In this document: positions 54,511-64,000 of the stretch, one piece after another
Numbering within the stretch: position 1 is the stretch's first letter
How the letters are laid out: every line of letters begins with the position of its first letter
Assembly (NCBI GenBank): GCA_937625935.1
Contig: OW569374.1
Location: 124,001 to 188,000, forward strand
DNA from: Tetramitus jugosus
Lineage: Eukaryota > Protista > Heterolobosea
Direction of reading: 5' to 3'
Length of the DNA: 64,000 nt
Notes under the pieces: model-generated
The model's input: the letters and a program-made list of their open reading frames with translations, nothing else
Databases searched by the model: none
What the model was told of the DNA's origin: nothing
Translations under genes and position numbers: made by a program

Positions 54511-56133
54511 ATGGACAATGTGAGTGATCCATATCATGATGAAGAAACAACTGTTGATCGATCACCAGTATTCTTATCCAACAACCACCACAACAATAAC
54601 AACACAATTATTGAACTACATGACTTTGATCATCATGGAATCCATGTGCTCCATGAACGAGTTCATATCATTGATCATGAAGAAGATTTTGAAGATTCCG
54701 ATTGTACGCATCAGCTATTAACGATTCCCGCGTCACCTTCACTGACTTGTCTCCATAACACCACCTCTGATGCCACCATGATGATTGAATTTCCCAGTGA
54801 TTGCATGGATCATTTGAGTGACGATGTGTTGTTTCACATTTTTTCGTTTCTAGCTGTTCGTAGTGACCTATTGTCTCTCTCAAGGGTCAATCATCGATTT
54901 TATCAAGTGTCGAGTCACCCTTCGCTGTGGAAGCTCTGTTTGTCCGTTCCCGCCGAAAAACATAAGCTAAAGAATTTTAATATGCTGTATTCGGAGACGA
55001 CGCGGTTCGATAGCGCGAATCAATTGCCCGTGCTCAACTCGTTGAATAGCAAGAGAGAGTTGATAGAGTACAAGAGGAGACGGTGGAGACATATGGATGG
55101 TATAGAGTATGCGTATAGGGCGCATGATGAGATTAGAGGTCTGACAAAGGGTGCCAATTCACTGTCTCAGACATTGATTTGGATCGTGACTTGCTTGTTG
55201 CCTTGTATGCTGGCGTTGGTGTTTGTGCTGTATGGTCTGTTGTGGGATCACAGAATTAGCAATGGATTCTGGTTTGGGATGATGTTGATTGTGTTGTGTG
55301 TGGCAGTGGTGTTGAATGCAGTCACTGTGGTTTTGTGTGCATTGCACTTTGGTTACGTTCCCTGTTGTGGCTCCTTTCTGCTGCGCTATTCGCTCCGGAA
55401 TCACTCTCGTAGCTTGAATTTTGAGAGGTTTCGTGCCATATTTTTTCGCGAGGGTGTAGATCCATTGTCAAACATTCATTGCTTGTTCTTTGAGCCGTTG
55501 ACTGCATGGATATGGGTTCTGTTGCTTATCATTGTGTTCAAGAGTCATTTTCTAGGGGAACAATATGTTTGGAGTTATGTTGTCATACCGGTTTATATTA
55601 CGATGGCGATCGGTCTGATGGAGCCATGTTTTCGATCGATTCACTATCATCAAGATCGGCGGCATTATCCATATTGCGATCCCTTCCATTCATTCTATCA
55701 CATGCTGATTATTGCAACTCTGTGGGTTTGCATCTCGATTAGTATTGCTCTTATTACAGCAAAGCTGGATAATCCACTGCTGTACTCGTGGAGTGTAGTT
55801 CTATCGGCCATTTATGTTCCATTAATGTGCATTACGCTGCTATCGATTATTCTGATGATTGTAACTCTCAAGAGAAAGTATTTTCCGAATCAGGAAGGCA
55901 TTATTTTGCTGCTTCAGCCCTTTGCATGTGTTGTGTGCACATCTTCCACCTTCTGCTTCGTCATTACAATTTTGTTATGTCTGCGATTGAATGGATCAAT
56001 CGCACTCAGCTTCTTTAGTATACTTGCATCGCTAGGTCTAGGAATCTGCTGTTGCTCGACGATTGTTTGCTTAGGTTCCTCCATTGCATTCAGATCCAGC
56101 ACAGGATCACGCATTGTGCGTCAATATGTGTAA
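54511..56133 (+). CDS. F-box + multi-pass membrane (TMEM185-like) protein
   Basis: LSDDVLFHIFSFL...LSRVNHRFY F-box, followed by about 8 TMs with KLD...SWSVV..IYV motifs. Confidence 0.7.
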   Translation: MDNVSDPYHDEETTVDRSPVFLSNNHHNNNNTIIELHDFDHHGIHVLHERVHIIDHEEDFEDSDCTHQLLTIPASPSLTCLHNTTSDATMMIEFPSDCMDHLSDDVLFHIFSFLAVRSDLLSLSRVNHRFYQVSSHPSLWKLCLSVPAEKHKLKNFNMLYSETTRFDSANQLPVLNSLNSKRELIEYKRRRWRHMDGIEYAYRAHDEIRGLTKGANSLSQTLIWIVTCLLPCMLALVFVLYGLLWDHRISNGFWFGMMLIVLCVAVVLNAVTVVLCALHFGYVPCCGSFLLRYSLRNHSRSLNFERFRAIFFREGVDPLSNIHCLFFEPLTAWIWVLLLIIVFKSHFLGEQYVWSYVVIPVYITMAIGLMEPCFRSIHYHQDRRHYPYCDPFHSFYHMLIIATLWVCISISIALITAKLDNPLLYSWSVVLSAIYVPLMCITLLSIILMIVTLKRKYFPNQEGIILLLQPFACVVCTSSTFCFVITILLCLRLNGSIALSFFSILASLGLGICCCSTIVCLGSSIAFRSSTGSRIVRQYV

Positions 56134-56154
56134 AATAAATTATTTCTATCTTTA

Positions 56155-57609
56155 TTAGAGCTTAGATGGTTGTATTCTTGACGAATAACAGTCCTTCAAC
56201 TCTGACACAACTCTTTCAGCACTTTGCACAGCTCCTTCCATGTATCCAACGAAATAGGTTGCGGTCTCTGTTCCAGCAAAATGAACTCGACCAACATTCT
56301 CGCGAATCACATGCTCCCCACCAATTCTAGTCAAAATAGTTGGAGGCAAATGACCAACATAAGCTCCTCCGGAATACTTCTCCTTTGACCAGTCCAATTC
56401 AGCATAATCTAACACCTTTGATCTCTGTGCTTCCTTCTCATTGCTGAAAAAGTATCCAAAACAGTCACAAATATGTGATAATCGCTCCTCTTCGGTCTTG
56501 TCAGACCACTGTTTAGCACCATTACCCAAGAAGAAAGCAACCAATGCGTACTGGGTGTTCTCTGGGAATTCTAGAGATGCATCATATGTCAAACGGACAC
56601 CGTACTTTTCATTGTTAGTCAATGAGATTCCAGAATAGTTTGCTTCTCTCCACCATGGTCTATCATAGAATACCAGACATTTGATCACACGTCCCATTGG
56701 AAAATTGCCATACAGGATTTGTTTCTCTCTAGGCAGATCAGGCGTGAAGTGAATGTTAGCAACGAGCATAGGAGGGATCGTAACAACCACTCTCGAAGAA
56801 TCAAACACCTTCCCGTTGTTGGTAGTAACTCGAACAAGGTTCATATGATCCAACACTTGCTGATCAATGCTCTGCACCGGGCTAGAGAACATGAAGTGGC
56901 AATGCTTACCCTTGACTAACTCCTCGTACATTTTCAATGAGAAGAGATATGAACCGCCCTTGATACGATGGTGTTGACCTCCTTCGTTAGTCTCACTCAA
57001 GAAAACCAAACCTTGTCCATATCGAACATACATCAACCAATACAAGAAGGAAACTTCCTTTGGGTCAATAGAAACAAGTCCTTGCACTGTGTTCAGATTG
57101 TTTGCAATCTCCAGACCATATTTCATCTTCTTCCACTCAAAGGCACTCATACTGTCATACTCTCTTCTCTTTTCCTCACTTACTTCAATCTCCTTAACAC
57201 ATTCTTCAATGTCCTTCATATATTGATCCACATACGATGGATAAACAGATGAAACAGAAGATGTTGAGACATCACCACCATTTCCAGTAGTTGCGGCACT
57301 CTCTTCTCCAAACACTTCCAACGGTTCCTTGTCACAAAATGGCGCCGAAACTACTTTTCCTTCATAATATTGGTCAAAAGTCCGAAGTCCGTAACGCTCG
57401 CACAGTGCATACATGCGGTGTTGCTTGACACCCAACCATTGTCCACCCAAATCCCACATGTAACCTCCGACGTCCTTGGCAAATGTTCGTCCACCAACTC
57501 TGTCTCTTGCTTCGATCACCAGTACCTTATGATTGGGAAATTGCTTCAAAAATAAGGAGGCAGTCCATAGGCCAGAAATACCAGCACCCACAACAATCAA
57601 ATCATACAT
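56155..57609 (-). CDS. Flavin-containing amine oxidase (MAO-like), C-terminal SKL (PTS1)
   Basis: GAGISGL, EARDRVGGRT, DLGGQW, HFAGTETA, GYMEGAVQS. Confidence 0.92.
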   Translation of the reverse strand: MYDLIVVGAGISGLWTASLFLKQFPNHKVLVIEARDRVGGRTFAKDVGGYMWDLGGQWLGVKQHRMYALCERYGLRTFDQYYEGKVVSAPFCDKEPLEVFGEESAATTGNGGDVSTSSVSSVYPSYVDQYMKDIEECVKEIEVSEEKRREYDSMSAFEWKKMKYGLEIANNLNTVQGLVSIDPKEVSFLYWLMYVRYGQGLVFLSETNEGGQHHRIKGGSYLFSLKMYEELVKGKHCHFMFSSPVQSIDQQVLDHMNLVRVTTNNGKVFDSSRVVVTIPPMLVANIHFTPDLPREKQILYGNFPMGRVIKCLVFYDRPWWREANYSGISLTNNEKYGVRLTYDASLEFPENTQYALVAFFLGNGAKQWSDKTEEERLSHICDCFGYFFSNEKEAQRSKVLDYAELDWSKEKYSGGAYVGHLPPTILTRIGGEHVIRENVGRVHFAGTETATYFVGYMEGAVQSAERVVSELKDCYSSRIQPSKL

Positions 57610-57781
57610 GTAATCTCAATCTCTAATCTTCTGTTTGTTTCCAAAGTGAAATCTGGTTTTGGACGACGAAAATTATTCCGATGATCATAGCAGGAGTTTC
57701 CCTCATCAAAAATCGATTTCAGCAGATTCGGGCAATCAGTTTGCCCCAAAAAAACAAAAGTCTTTTTGATAGATTGGACAA

Positions 57782-59287
57782 ATGACAGTGGCCAGTAGCT
57801 CTTCACCAACATCCTCATCATTGGCGAGAGATTTTGGTGCCTTATTCAATGACCCTCTCACGAGTGATATCAAGATACGAATTCCCTTCCTCAATGCCCA
57901 AGATGAAGAAAAAGTTGAAGAACAGCAACAAGATTACAGCCATTCAATGACTCCAGCTGTTTTTCACTTGCACAAGATTGTTCTTGCCAGTCGAAGTGAC
58001 TACTTTTACAACATGTTTTACTCTGAGGCCAATTGGCAAGAGAGCAATCAGAATGAGATTGAACTGTTGACATTGATTGACAATCTACCACCTTCTCCAA
58101 GGAGTATGAATACGAGTAATCTTGGTCGTAGTAGTACTGGTAGTAGTAGTAGTAGCAGCAGCAGTAGTAATGGTAATGGCAGTGGAAATGCAGTCATGAG
58201 CTTAACGTATTGGGAGCAACTGTTTCGATATTTTTATACGAATCATATTGTGATTCATGAGGAGAATGCGGTAGAATTGTTGGTGAAAGCTGATGAATAT
58301 CAATTGGATGAGCTAAAATCGTGGATTGAAGAGTTTTTGGTGAGTAAGGTGCCAGTGATGACATCTGGATGGAGTCTTTTGTTTGATTTGGCGCACACGT
58401 ATCGATTACCGACACTATCTCAGCACTGCTACTCATTCTTGTGCAATAATTTGCAGACGATTGTTTCAAACGAACAGTTTTATATGCAAACATCGCGTCA
58501 GACATTGCTCACGATATTAAAGTCGGAACATTTGGCGGACGAGTATGTTTTGTTCAAGATGGTTGAAAGGTGGACATTGACGCATCCAGAGGAGGGAGAT
58601 TGCGAAGAATTGTTGCAATATGTTAGACTGCCTGTTTTGAAGCCGATTGATCTGATTACAGGTGTTAAACACTCGCCACTGCTGCGTGATCGGAGTGAGT
58701 TGTACGTACGTTGCTTGGAGTATAAGCTGTGCCCGGAACTGTTTCTTGATGAGGTGCGAAATAGACAACACTATTTCTTACCGAGAGCTGCACAGTTGAA
58801 ATGGACTCTGTCGAGTCCGAGTGTCAGTACAGGACCGAATCGGGTCGTGCTCGAAGATGACTCTATGACTGCAAAGCGTGTTGTTGGAAATGGATGGGAC
58901 TTGCTCGTGTTGTCTGATCAGCCAATTGCACCAGGCTCTCGTGTACTTCTGAGGATAAATCACACAGATGGCGATCAATCTGGATTCAGTCTAGGTCTGG
59001 TACCGGATCACAACTTTTCACACTCTAACTTTTCGGGTGTCATTGGGTTTGGATTAACAGGAAGCAAATATCACACAAAGAGTGTGAACACTAGCGTCGT
59101 GATCACTAGCGGCTCAAAAATTGAAATTGTTTTGTCTGCTGCTAAGGATGTCATTGAGTTCTATGTCGACAGTGTTCTGTACGCTGTTTCAGAACAAAAG
59201 CTTTCTTGTTTCGCAGAACTGTATCTAGCAGCCTTCTTGTTCTACACGAATAATTCAATTAGTATCATTGGATATTGTAGTGAGTAA
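57782..59287 (+). CDS. BTB-BACK protein with C-terminal SPRY/NHR-like domain
   Basis: SDIKI, HKIVLASRSDYFYNMF, EYVLFKMVERW, LLQYVRLP. Confidence 0.85.
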   Translation: MTVASSSSPTSSSLARDFGALFNDPLTSDIKIRIPFLNAQDEEKVEEQQQDYSHSMTPAVFHLHKIVLASRSDYFYNMFYSEANWQESNQNEIELLTLIDNLPPSPRSMNTSNLGRSSTGSSSSSSSSSNGNGSGNAVMSLTYWEQLFRYFYTNHIVIHEENAVELLVKADEYQLDELKSWIEEFLVSKVPVMTSGWSLLFDLAHTYRLPTLSQHCYSFLCNNLQTIVSNEQFYMQTSRQTLLTILKSEHLADEYVLFKMVERWTLTHPEEGDCEELLQYVRLPVLKPIDLITGVKHSPLLRDRSELYVRCLEYKLCPELFLDEVRNRQHYFLPRAAQLKWTLSSPSVSTGPNRVVLEDDSMTAKRVVGNGWDLLVLSDQPIAPGSRVLLRINHTDGDQSGFSLGLVPDHNFSHSNFSGVIGFGLTGSKYHTKSVNTSVVITSGSKIEIVLSAAKDVIEFYVDSVLYAVSEQKLSCFAELYLAAFLFYTNNSISIIGYCSE

Positions 59288-59307
59288 ATATGCTCCCAAG
59301 CTGTTTT

Positions 59308-60228
59308 TTACTTCTTCTCGTTCAGGGCTTTGTAATTTTTAATAAATAGGTCAACCTGAGACGACTTGACCAAAGTCAATTGCTTATAGAACTCCATGGG
59401 TGGATAGAAGCCTAACCGTGAATAAATTGTTCGTTCAAAATATCGCCACAGGTACATGGTCATCTGAGTGTCTGGCAAAGCTCGATGTGCAGTGTGCTGA
59501 GGTTTACCAATATGTGCCAACAAATCACTCAACTTGTGAGATGACAACTCAGGCATCAATCTCCTCGATAATAATAAAGTACAAATGAATCCAATTTGTT
59601 CCGCTTCTCGTTTCACTCGATCATCAGACAATGCAGCATTGCTATTGTTGCTACTATCACTCGTTGCAACAACCATAAACTCCATTTCACTCTCATCAAC
59701 CTCTACACTATTCTCACCACTACTGCCCTTGCTGTTCGCACCACTACTACCACTGCTACTCAGCATGGCACCATGCTGTTGCGAAAAACAAGGCGGCAAA
59801 TCAATTCCATGTCGCACCAATTCATGATAAATAATCTTGGAGTCAAACGATGCATTGTGAGCCATCATGACTGAGTCACCCACAAAGTTCACAAACTGAT
59901 TCAACACAAAAGGGGCACTCGGAGCTTTCCGTAGCATGTCTTCTGTGATGTTGGTTGTCTTTTTGACATCACTTGTGAGTTGTCCAGGGAAGTGAACAAG
60001 AGAGCTAAAGGAACCAATGTAATGTCCATCGATCATCTTTGACGCTGCAATTTCAATGATTTTGTCATTTGAAGTCGAAAGACCAGTTGTTTCCACATCA
60101 ACGATCACTAGATTGTACCTGGGAGTGATCAATGTCGATTGAGACCTGAGACAACTGGTTGGTAACTGCAGGGAATTGAGTGAAAGTTTGTTCTTTCTGA
60201 ACCACAGAGCGGATGAACGTTGCAGCAT
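59308..60228 (-). CDS. DEDDh 3'-5' exonuclease (DnaQ/Pol III epsilon-like), possible mitochondrial presequence
   Basis: VDVETTG, AHNASFD, CTLLLSRR, HRALPD. Confidence 0.88.
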   Translation of the reverse strand: MLQRSSALWFRKNKLSLNSLQLPTSCLRSQSTLITPRYNLVIVDVETTGLSTSNDKIIEIAASKMIDGHYIGSFSSLVHFPGQLTSDVKKTTNITEDMLRKAPSAPFVLNQFVNFVGDSVMMAHNASFDSKIIYHELVRHGIDLPPCFSQQHGAMLSSSGSSGANSKGSSGENSVEVDESEMEFMVVATSDSSNNSNAALSDDRVKREAEQIGFICTLLLSRRLMPELSSHKLSDLLAHIGKPQHTAHRALPDTQMTMYLWRYFERTIYSRLGFYPPMEFYKQLTLVKSSQVDLFIKNYKALNEKK

Positions 60229-60523
60229 TTTAATTTGTTGTTTGAAATTGGTAAAAAATGGCGCCAAAATCTCAGAATGAAAATCTGAACGTTCAGATTA
60301 CTGAACAATACTTGAATTTGTTCGGTTCTCCTTTCCTATTGTATCCCTGAGTAAGAGCCACAAGTTCACTGATTTCGAATTTGTAGTTGGATTCTCGCGA
60401 CTTCCGATAGTTCAATCCGTCAGTTCAAAGTTCAGAAAGTTCTCTCAACAAAACGCCGCCAAACAAAACAAACACCAGATATCATTCGTTGCAACAGAAG
60501 AGACAAGTCGTACACTTTAACAA

Positions 60524-61132
60524 ATGGGCAAATCCTCCTCTTGGTCTTACATCATTAGTGCCATTGTTGCCGTAACTTTAATCTTACCTGTTGGTATCCT
60601 TCTCATTATCATTGGATTTTCTCTCCGAGCCAAGTCCATCAGAGAAACGACACTGACGCCCATAAAGAACGGTTATGGCTATACGAATCCTGTGGGAGTA
60701 CAAGCGCACAAGATTGTTTTTAGTCAGTGTTTAGTATTGGAGCCAAGAGTCAACTGTACGATGAAATCAACGAGGACATCGAAAAACAAGAAATATGTTT
60801 CGAGAGAGTACTGCTATGCTCGATTACAGTACGAGTCAGAGTACACGGGACCGACCGGTCAAATCAAGCACACACTGGCGAATGAAACCACAGTGTCTGA
60901 CTTTTCTGAAACAACAGAGTACTATTCGTTTTTCAAGGGACAGACTGTGCCTTGCTTCACAGATGCACACAGACCAGATATTGTATCACTGTACAGGTAC
61001 AAGTTCCCTACTCCTACCACCTATGTATCATTGATTACTGTTGGGTTTACTCTCATTGGTTCGGGACTCTTCTTTATGGTCATGACAGGTCTCATCATTG
61101 GAGTCATTTTTGCAATTGTAGGATCTTCATAA
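60524..61132 (+). CDS. Two-TM membrane protein with Cys-containing loop, unknown
   Basis: 202-aa ORF with hydrophobic N- and C-terminal helices. Confidence 0.65.
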   Translation: MGKSSSWSYIISAIVAVTLILPVGILLIIIGFSLRAKSIRETTLTPIKNGYGYTNPVGVQAHKIVFSQCLVLEPRVNCTMKSTRTSKNKKYVSREYCYARLQYESEYTGPTGQIKHTLANETTVSDFSETTEYYSFFKGQTVPCFTDAHRPDIVSLYRYKFPTPTTYVSLITVGFTLIGSGLFFMVMTGLIIGVIFAIVGSS

Positions 61133-61163
61133 ACGTTATTTATTCTCATTTAGCTGTTGTCTG

Positions 61164-62063
61164 TTAATACCTTGTGCTCCATCGACACTTTGGATACTTG
61201 TTGTAGTTGTTGCCTACGGTTGGTAGAATGGCAAGAGAAACCTTCTCTCTGTTGAACATTACATTGAAAAGAATATTACAGATGGCTAGAAAGTTTTGTC
61301 TGTGGTAGCTTGTGTCCTCTAAGCCGATCCTTGGCAGGACATACTCTGAAAAATTCGACAACCCAGTAAATTGATCTTCGAATAGCTTGTCCATAGTGTG
61401 TTCACTCTCTTGACCAAGCACTTGATACTGCCCACATCGGATTAAGAACACACTCTTCATTTCAACCTCTATCCATTTGGTAGTGTGGGAGTCAATGCCC
61501 GGCAAAACAATATCTAATACAGTATTGTTTCTTCTTCTCAAGATTTGAATGGAAGAACAGAGTTTACTGTACATGGCACATGTATCTGGATTTCTCAGAG
61601 CTAGTACCCACCCTAAATTCGCTCTCAACCTCTCCTGATAGTGAAAACTCGTAGGTAATCGCCAAGCTCTAAGTTCAGAATCAACGATAACGGGACAAAC
61701 ATCTAGCACGTTCTCAACCAGTAATTTCTTGTAGGAAGAACTCGCTTTTTCCATCTCTTCAAACCTCTCCCTCCTACTCATTCGATTGATAACTTCGTTC
61801 CACTTGGAGCGCCAAACAGAATTGCTAGAAGCTTCGTGATTCCACTTCTTGCAAACTCGATTAATTGTTACACAAACTTCTTTTATGGACAAGAACTGAA
61901 GTATGTAACAAAAGATGGTAGTTTCCATGATCAAATGAACGGAATTAATTGGAAAACGAGCGGGAGCAACAATGTGATCCTGGCGTTCTTCATCTCGAAT
62001 CTTGAATGCCAATCTTCTCTTTTTGCTCAAATCCAAACTGATTTCCCCACTATTGTCATCCAT
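61164..62063 (-). CDS. F-box protein
   Basis: IFCYILQFLSIKEVCVTINRVCKKWNHEASSNSVW. Confidence 0.7.
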   Translation of the reverse strand: MDDNSGEISLDLSKKRRLAFKIRDEERQDHIVAPARFPINSVHLIMETTIFCYILQFLSIKEVCVTINRVCKKWNHEASSNSVWRSKWNEVINRMSRRERFEEMEKASSSYKKLLVENVLDVCPVIVDSELRAWRLPTSFHYQERLRANLGWVLALRNPDTCAMYSKLCSSIQILRRRNNTVLDIVLPGIDSHTTKWIEVEMKSVFLIRCGQYQVLGQESEHTMDKLFEDQFTGLSNFSEYVLPRIGLEDTSYHRQNFLAICNILFNVMFNREKVSLAILPTVGNNYNKYPKCRWSTRY

Positions 62064-62161
62064 GATGTTCTCAATTCGTAGATGCTTTTCGCCAGCAACC
62101 CCAATTCTCCGCAGCAGTTTTCGAAAGCACAGAAAAAAGAACTTCCTGCGCACAAAATAAA

Positions 62162-63484
62162 ATGAAAAAGCTTTTGACTCGATCGAGCACCTCTTTTATC
62201 CACCGTCATAGTTGTTGCTCAAACAAATCTCGCTTTGCACTTGACTCCGCACATCTTTGTCTCTTACACACAACAACAACAACAACCAAGATTGACAACG
62301 CCTTTGCAATGCAAGAAGCTCAAATCATGCGTAAAAGCAGAAAAGACCTATTGAGACAAAACATGTTCTCTGGGAATCCATTGGATCGTTTACATGAACT
62401 GAGAGCCGATGGTGCCTCTCATGCCAAACTGGATCTGCTGATATCCAATCTGTTGTTGCTCAACAGCAATCACAACCCAACTGACAGCGAAGAAGGAGAA
62501 GCTCTGATTTTACCCTTTCTCAACTATTCTCCATTGTTGAACAAGAGGGGACACTTGAGCAGCTCTGGTCAGAATTCCAACAAGAGAAGGCCCTTGTGGA
62601 AGAGTGCACAAAGCCTCAAATCACTCATCACTGCTGATCAAAAGCTGGACAGTTTGATACTGTTGGGCAAGTGGGGACAAAAGTATTACTTTGCTCTGAA
62701 TTTGGATCGTCTTGCTCAATTACAAGAACAGCAACGCTCCAAGGAGTCACTCTTGAAGGAAATTGTAGGAGAGGATGGTGAATTTGTTGGATTGAGAGAA
62801 TCAGCAATGTTTTTGGAAAAGGAAGAAGATGCAGCCATTCTTGCACAGGCCAGAGCATTGTTGGAATGGAGTGATAATCATCGATTCTGTGGTTGTTGTG
62901 GTTCAATCACCGTACCAAAGAATGGTGGTGTGCAGAGACAGTGTTCTCATGTGGCTCCTTCAAGTAAAGATGGTTCAACATTTGATTCGGATGTCAAGTA
63001 CTGTGGAAGAACCATATACCCAAGAACGGATCCTGTGGCAATTATGCTTGTGATTCATGGGGATAAGTGCCTATTGGGAAGGCAAGCCAAGTGGCCACCC
63101 GGTACATACAGTTGTTTGGCGGGTTTCATCGATGCTGGTGAGAGTATTGAAGAGGCTGTCAAAAGAGAAGTTTCAGAAGAAGTTGGGGTTGATTTGTCAA
63201 TTGAAAATGTACATTACTTTTCTTCACAGCCATGGCCATTCCTTGGCGGACAAATGATGATTGGGTGCCACGCGTATGCCAACAGCGATCAGATCCGAGT
63301 GAATCACTCCGAAATTGAGGATGCCCAATGGTTTACTGTGGAACAAGTGAAACAAGGTTTGGCAAACAGCACGAATATTACTTCTCCTGATTTCAAACTT
63401 CCGCCAAAGGTCGCCATCGCTCACAAACTGTGCTTGGCCTGGGTGGAACAGCATCATCATCGCTTGCAAGACAGCAAACTGTAG
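62162..63484 (+). CDS. NADH pyrophosphatase NudC/NUDT12-like, C-terminal SKL
   Basis: RFCGCCG zinc ribbon, YPRTDP, Nudix box GFIDAGESIEEAVKREVSEEVG, SQPW. Confidence 0.92.
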   Translation: MKKLLTRSSTSFIHRHSCCSNKSRFALDSAHLCLLHTTTTTTKIDNAFAMQEAQIMRKSRKDLLRQNMFSGNPLDRLHELRADGASHAKLDLLISNLLLLNSNHNPTDSEEGEALILPFLNYSPLLNKRGHLSSSGQNSNKRRPLWKSAQSLKSLITADQKLDSLILLGKWGQKYYFALNLDRLAQLQEQQRSKESLLKEIVGEDGEFVGLRESAMFLEKEEDAAILAQARALLEWSDNHRFCGCCGSITVPKNGGVQRQCSHVAPSSKDGSTFDSDVKYCGRTIYPRTDPVAIMLVIHGDKCLLGRQAKWPPGTYSCLAGFIDAGESIEEAVKREVSEEVGVDLSIENVHYFSSQPWPFLGGQMMIGCHAYANSDQIRVNHSEIEDAQWFTVEQVKQGLANSTNITSPDFKLPPKVAIAHKLCLAWVEQHHHRLQDSKL

Positions 63485-64000
63485 TTCCGACACACCCTTT
63501 CGGTGCAAGCGACTCTGTTTTGGACAATACAAACAAGTTAACTCACCGAGCGACGTGAAATTTTTTTATGTGGCACGTCGTCAAGCTGTCGGATTAGTGA
63601 TGTTGGCGGGACAGTTGATGTGGGCGGAGATTCAAAACGCCTCGAACTCTTTTGCCTAAAATCGAAACGGAGTCCATTCGGTAATATCACAAGGGGGAAA
63701 AAGGTGGCTGCGCTCCAAGGACTGGACCAGTGCCACGACACCACCGAACATAAAAAACTCTCCACAGCAACACAACCAGAGCACCTCATCATAACACAAC
63801 ATCCATTGCCTTCTTCCCGTTATTGAGTTCCCATCTGTTGCACACACTGAGAAAAAACTAGAAAACTTTTACCAAACGCAACAACAGAATTATTATTCCA
63901 CCACCACTCCAACAACTTTGACAAACACCTTACACATGACAGTTCCTCTCAAAAATTTTCACAATCGATCCTTGAACATTGGTTTGTTGGGGTCAGACAG

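Overview
Gene-dense eukaryotic (protist) nuclear DNA with short GT-AG introns and about 33 protein-coding loci. The gene content (GPS-7TM-RGS and RGS-START-like proteins, F-box fusions, flagellar RSPH9 and CFAP52) suggests a Naegleria-like heterolobosean amoeboflagellate; this is an inference. The window holds three dispersed RNA polymerase III genes: two 5S rRNA genes (27748-27866, 35380-35498) and a tRNA-Asn(GTT) (48561-48633). The main finding is that each of the three has a poly(A)-tailed, TSD-flanked non-LTR retroelement inserted just upstream. All three are on the opposite strand with the 5' end facing the Pol III gene, at -41, -38 and -49 bp. They are a 5'-truncated L1/Tx1-like ORF2 fragment, an intact 1.32-kb ORF1-only element and a ~127-bp 3'-UTR-only copy; a probable older fourth insertion is stacked behind the first. 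This looks like a position-specific, Pol III-targeted retrotransposon family analogous to Dictyostelium TRE5. Other observations: two copies of an unidentified structured RNA with compensatory base changes (~25.0-25.9 kb); a ~2,365-aa bacterial-Ig/VWA adhesin broken by two locally templated inverted insertions; an exact 104-bp intergenic copy of RhoGAP coding sequence; and an orphan DMC1 fragment.
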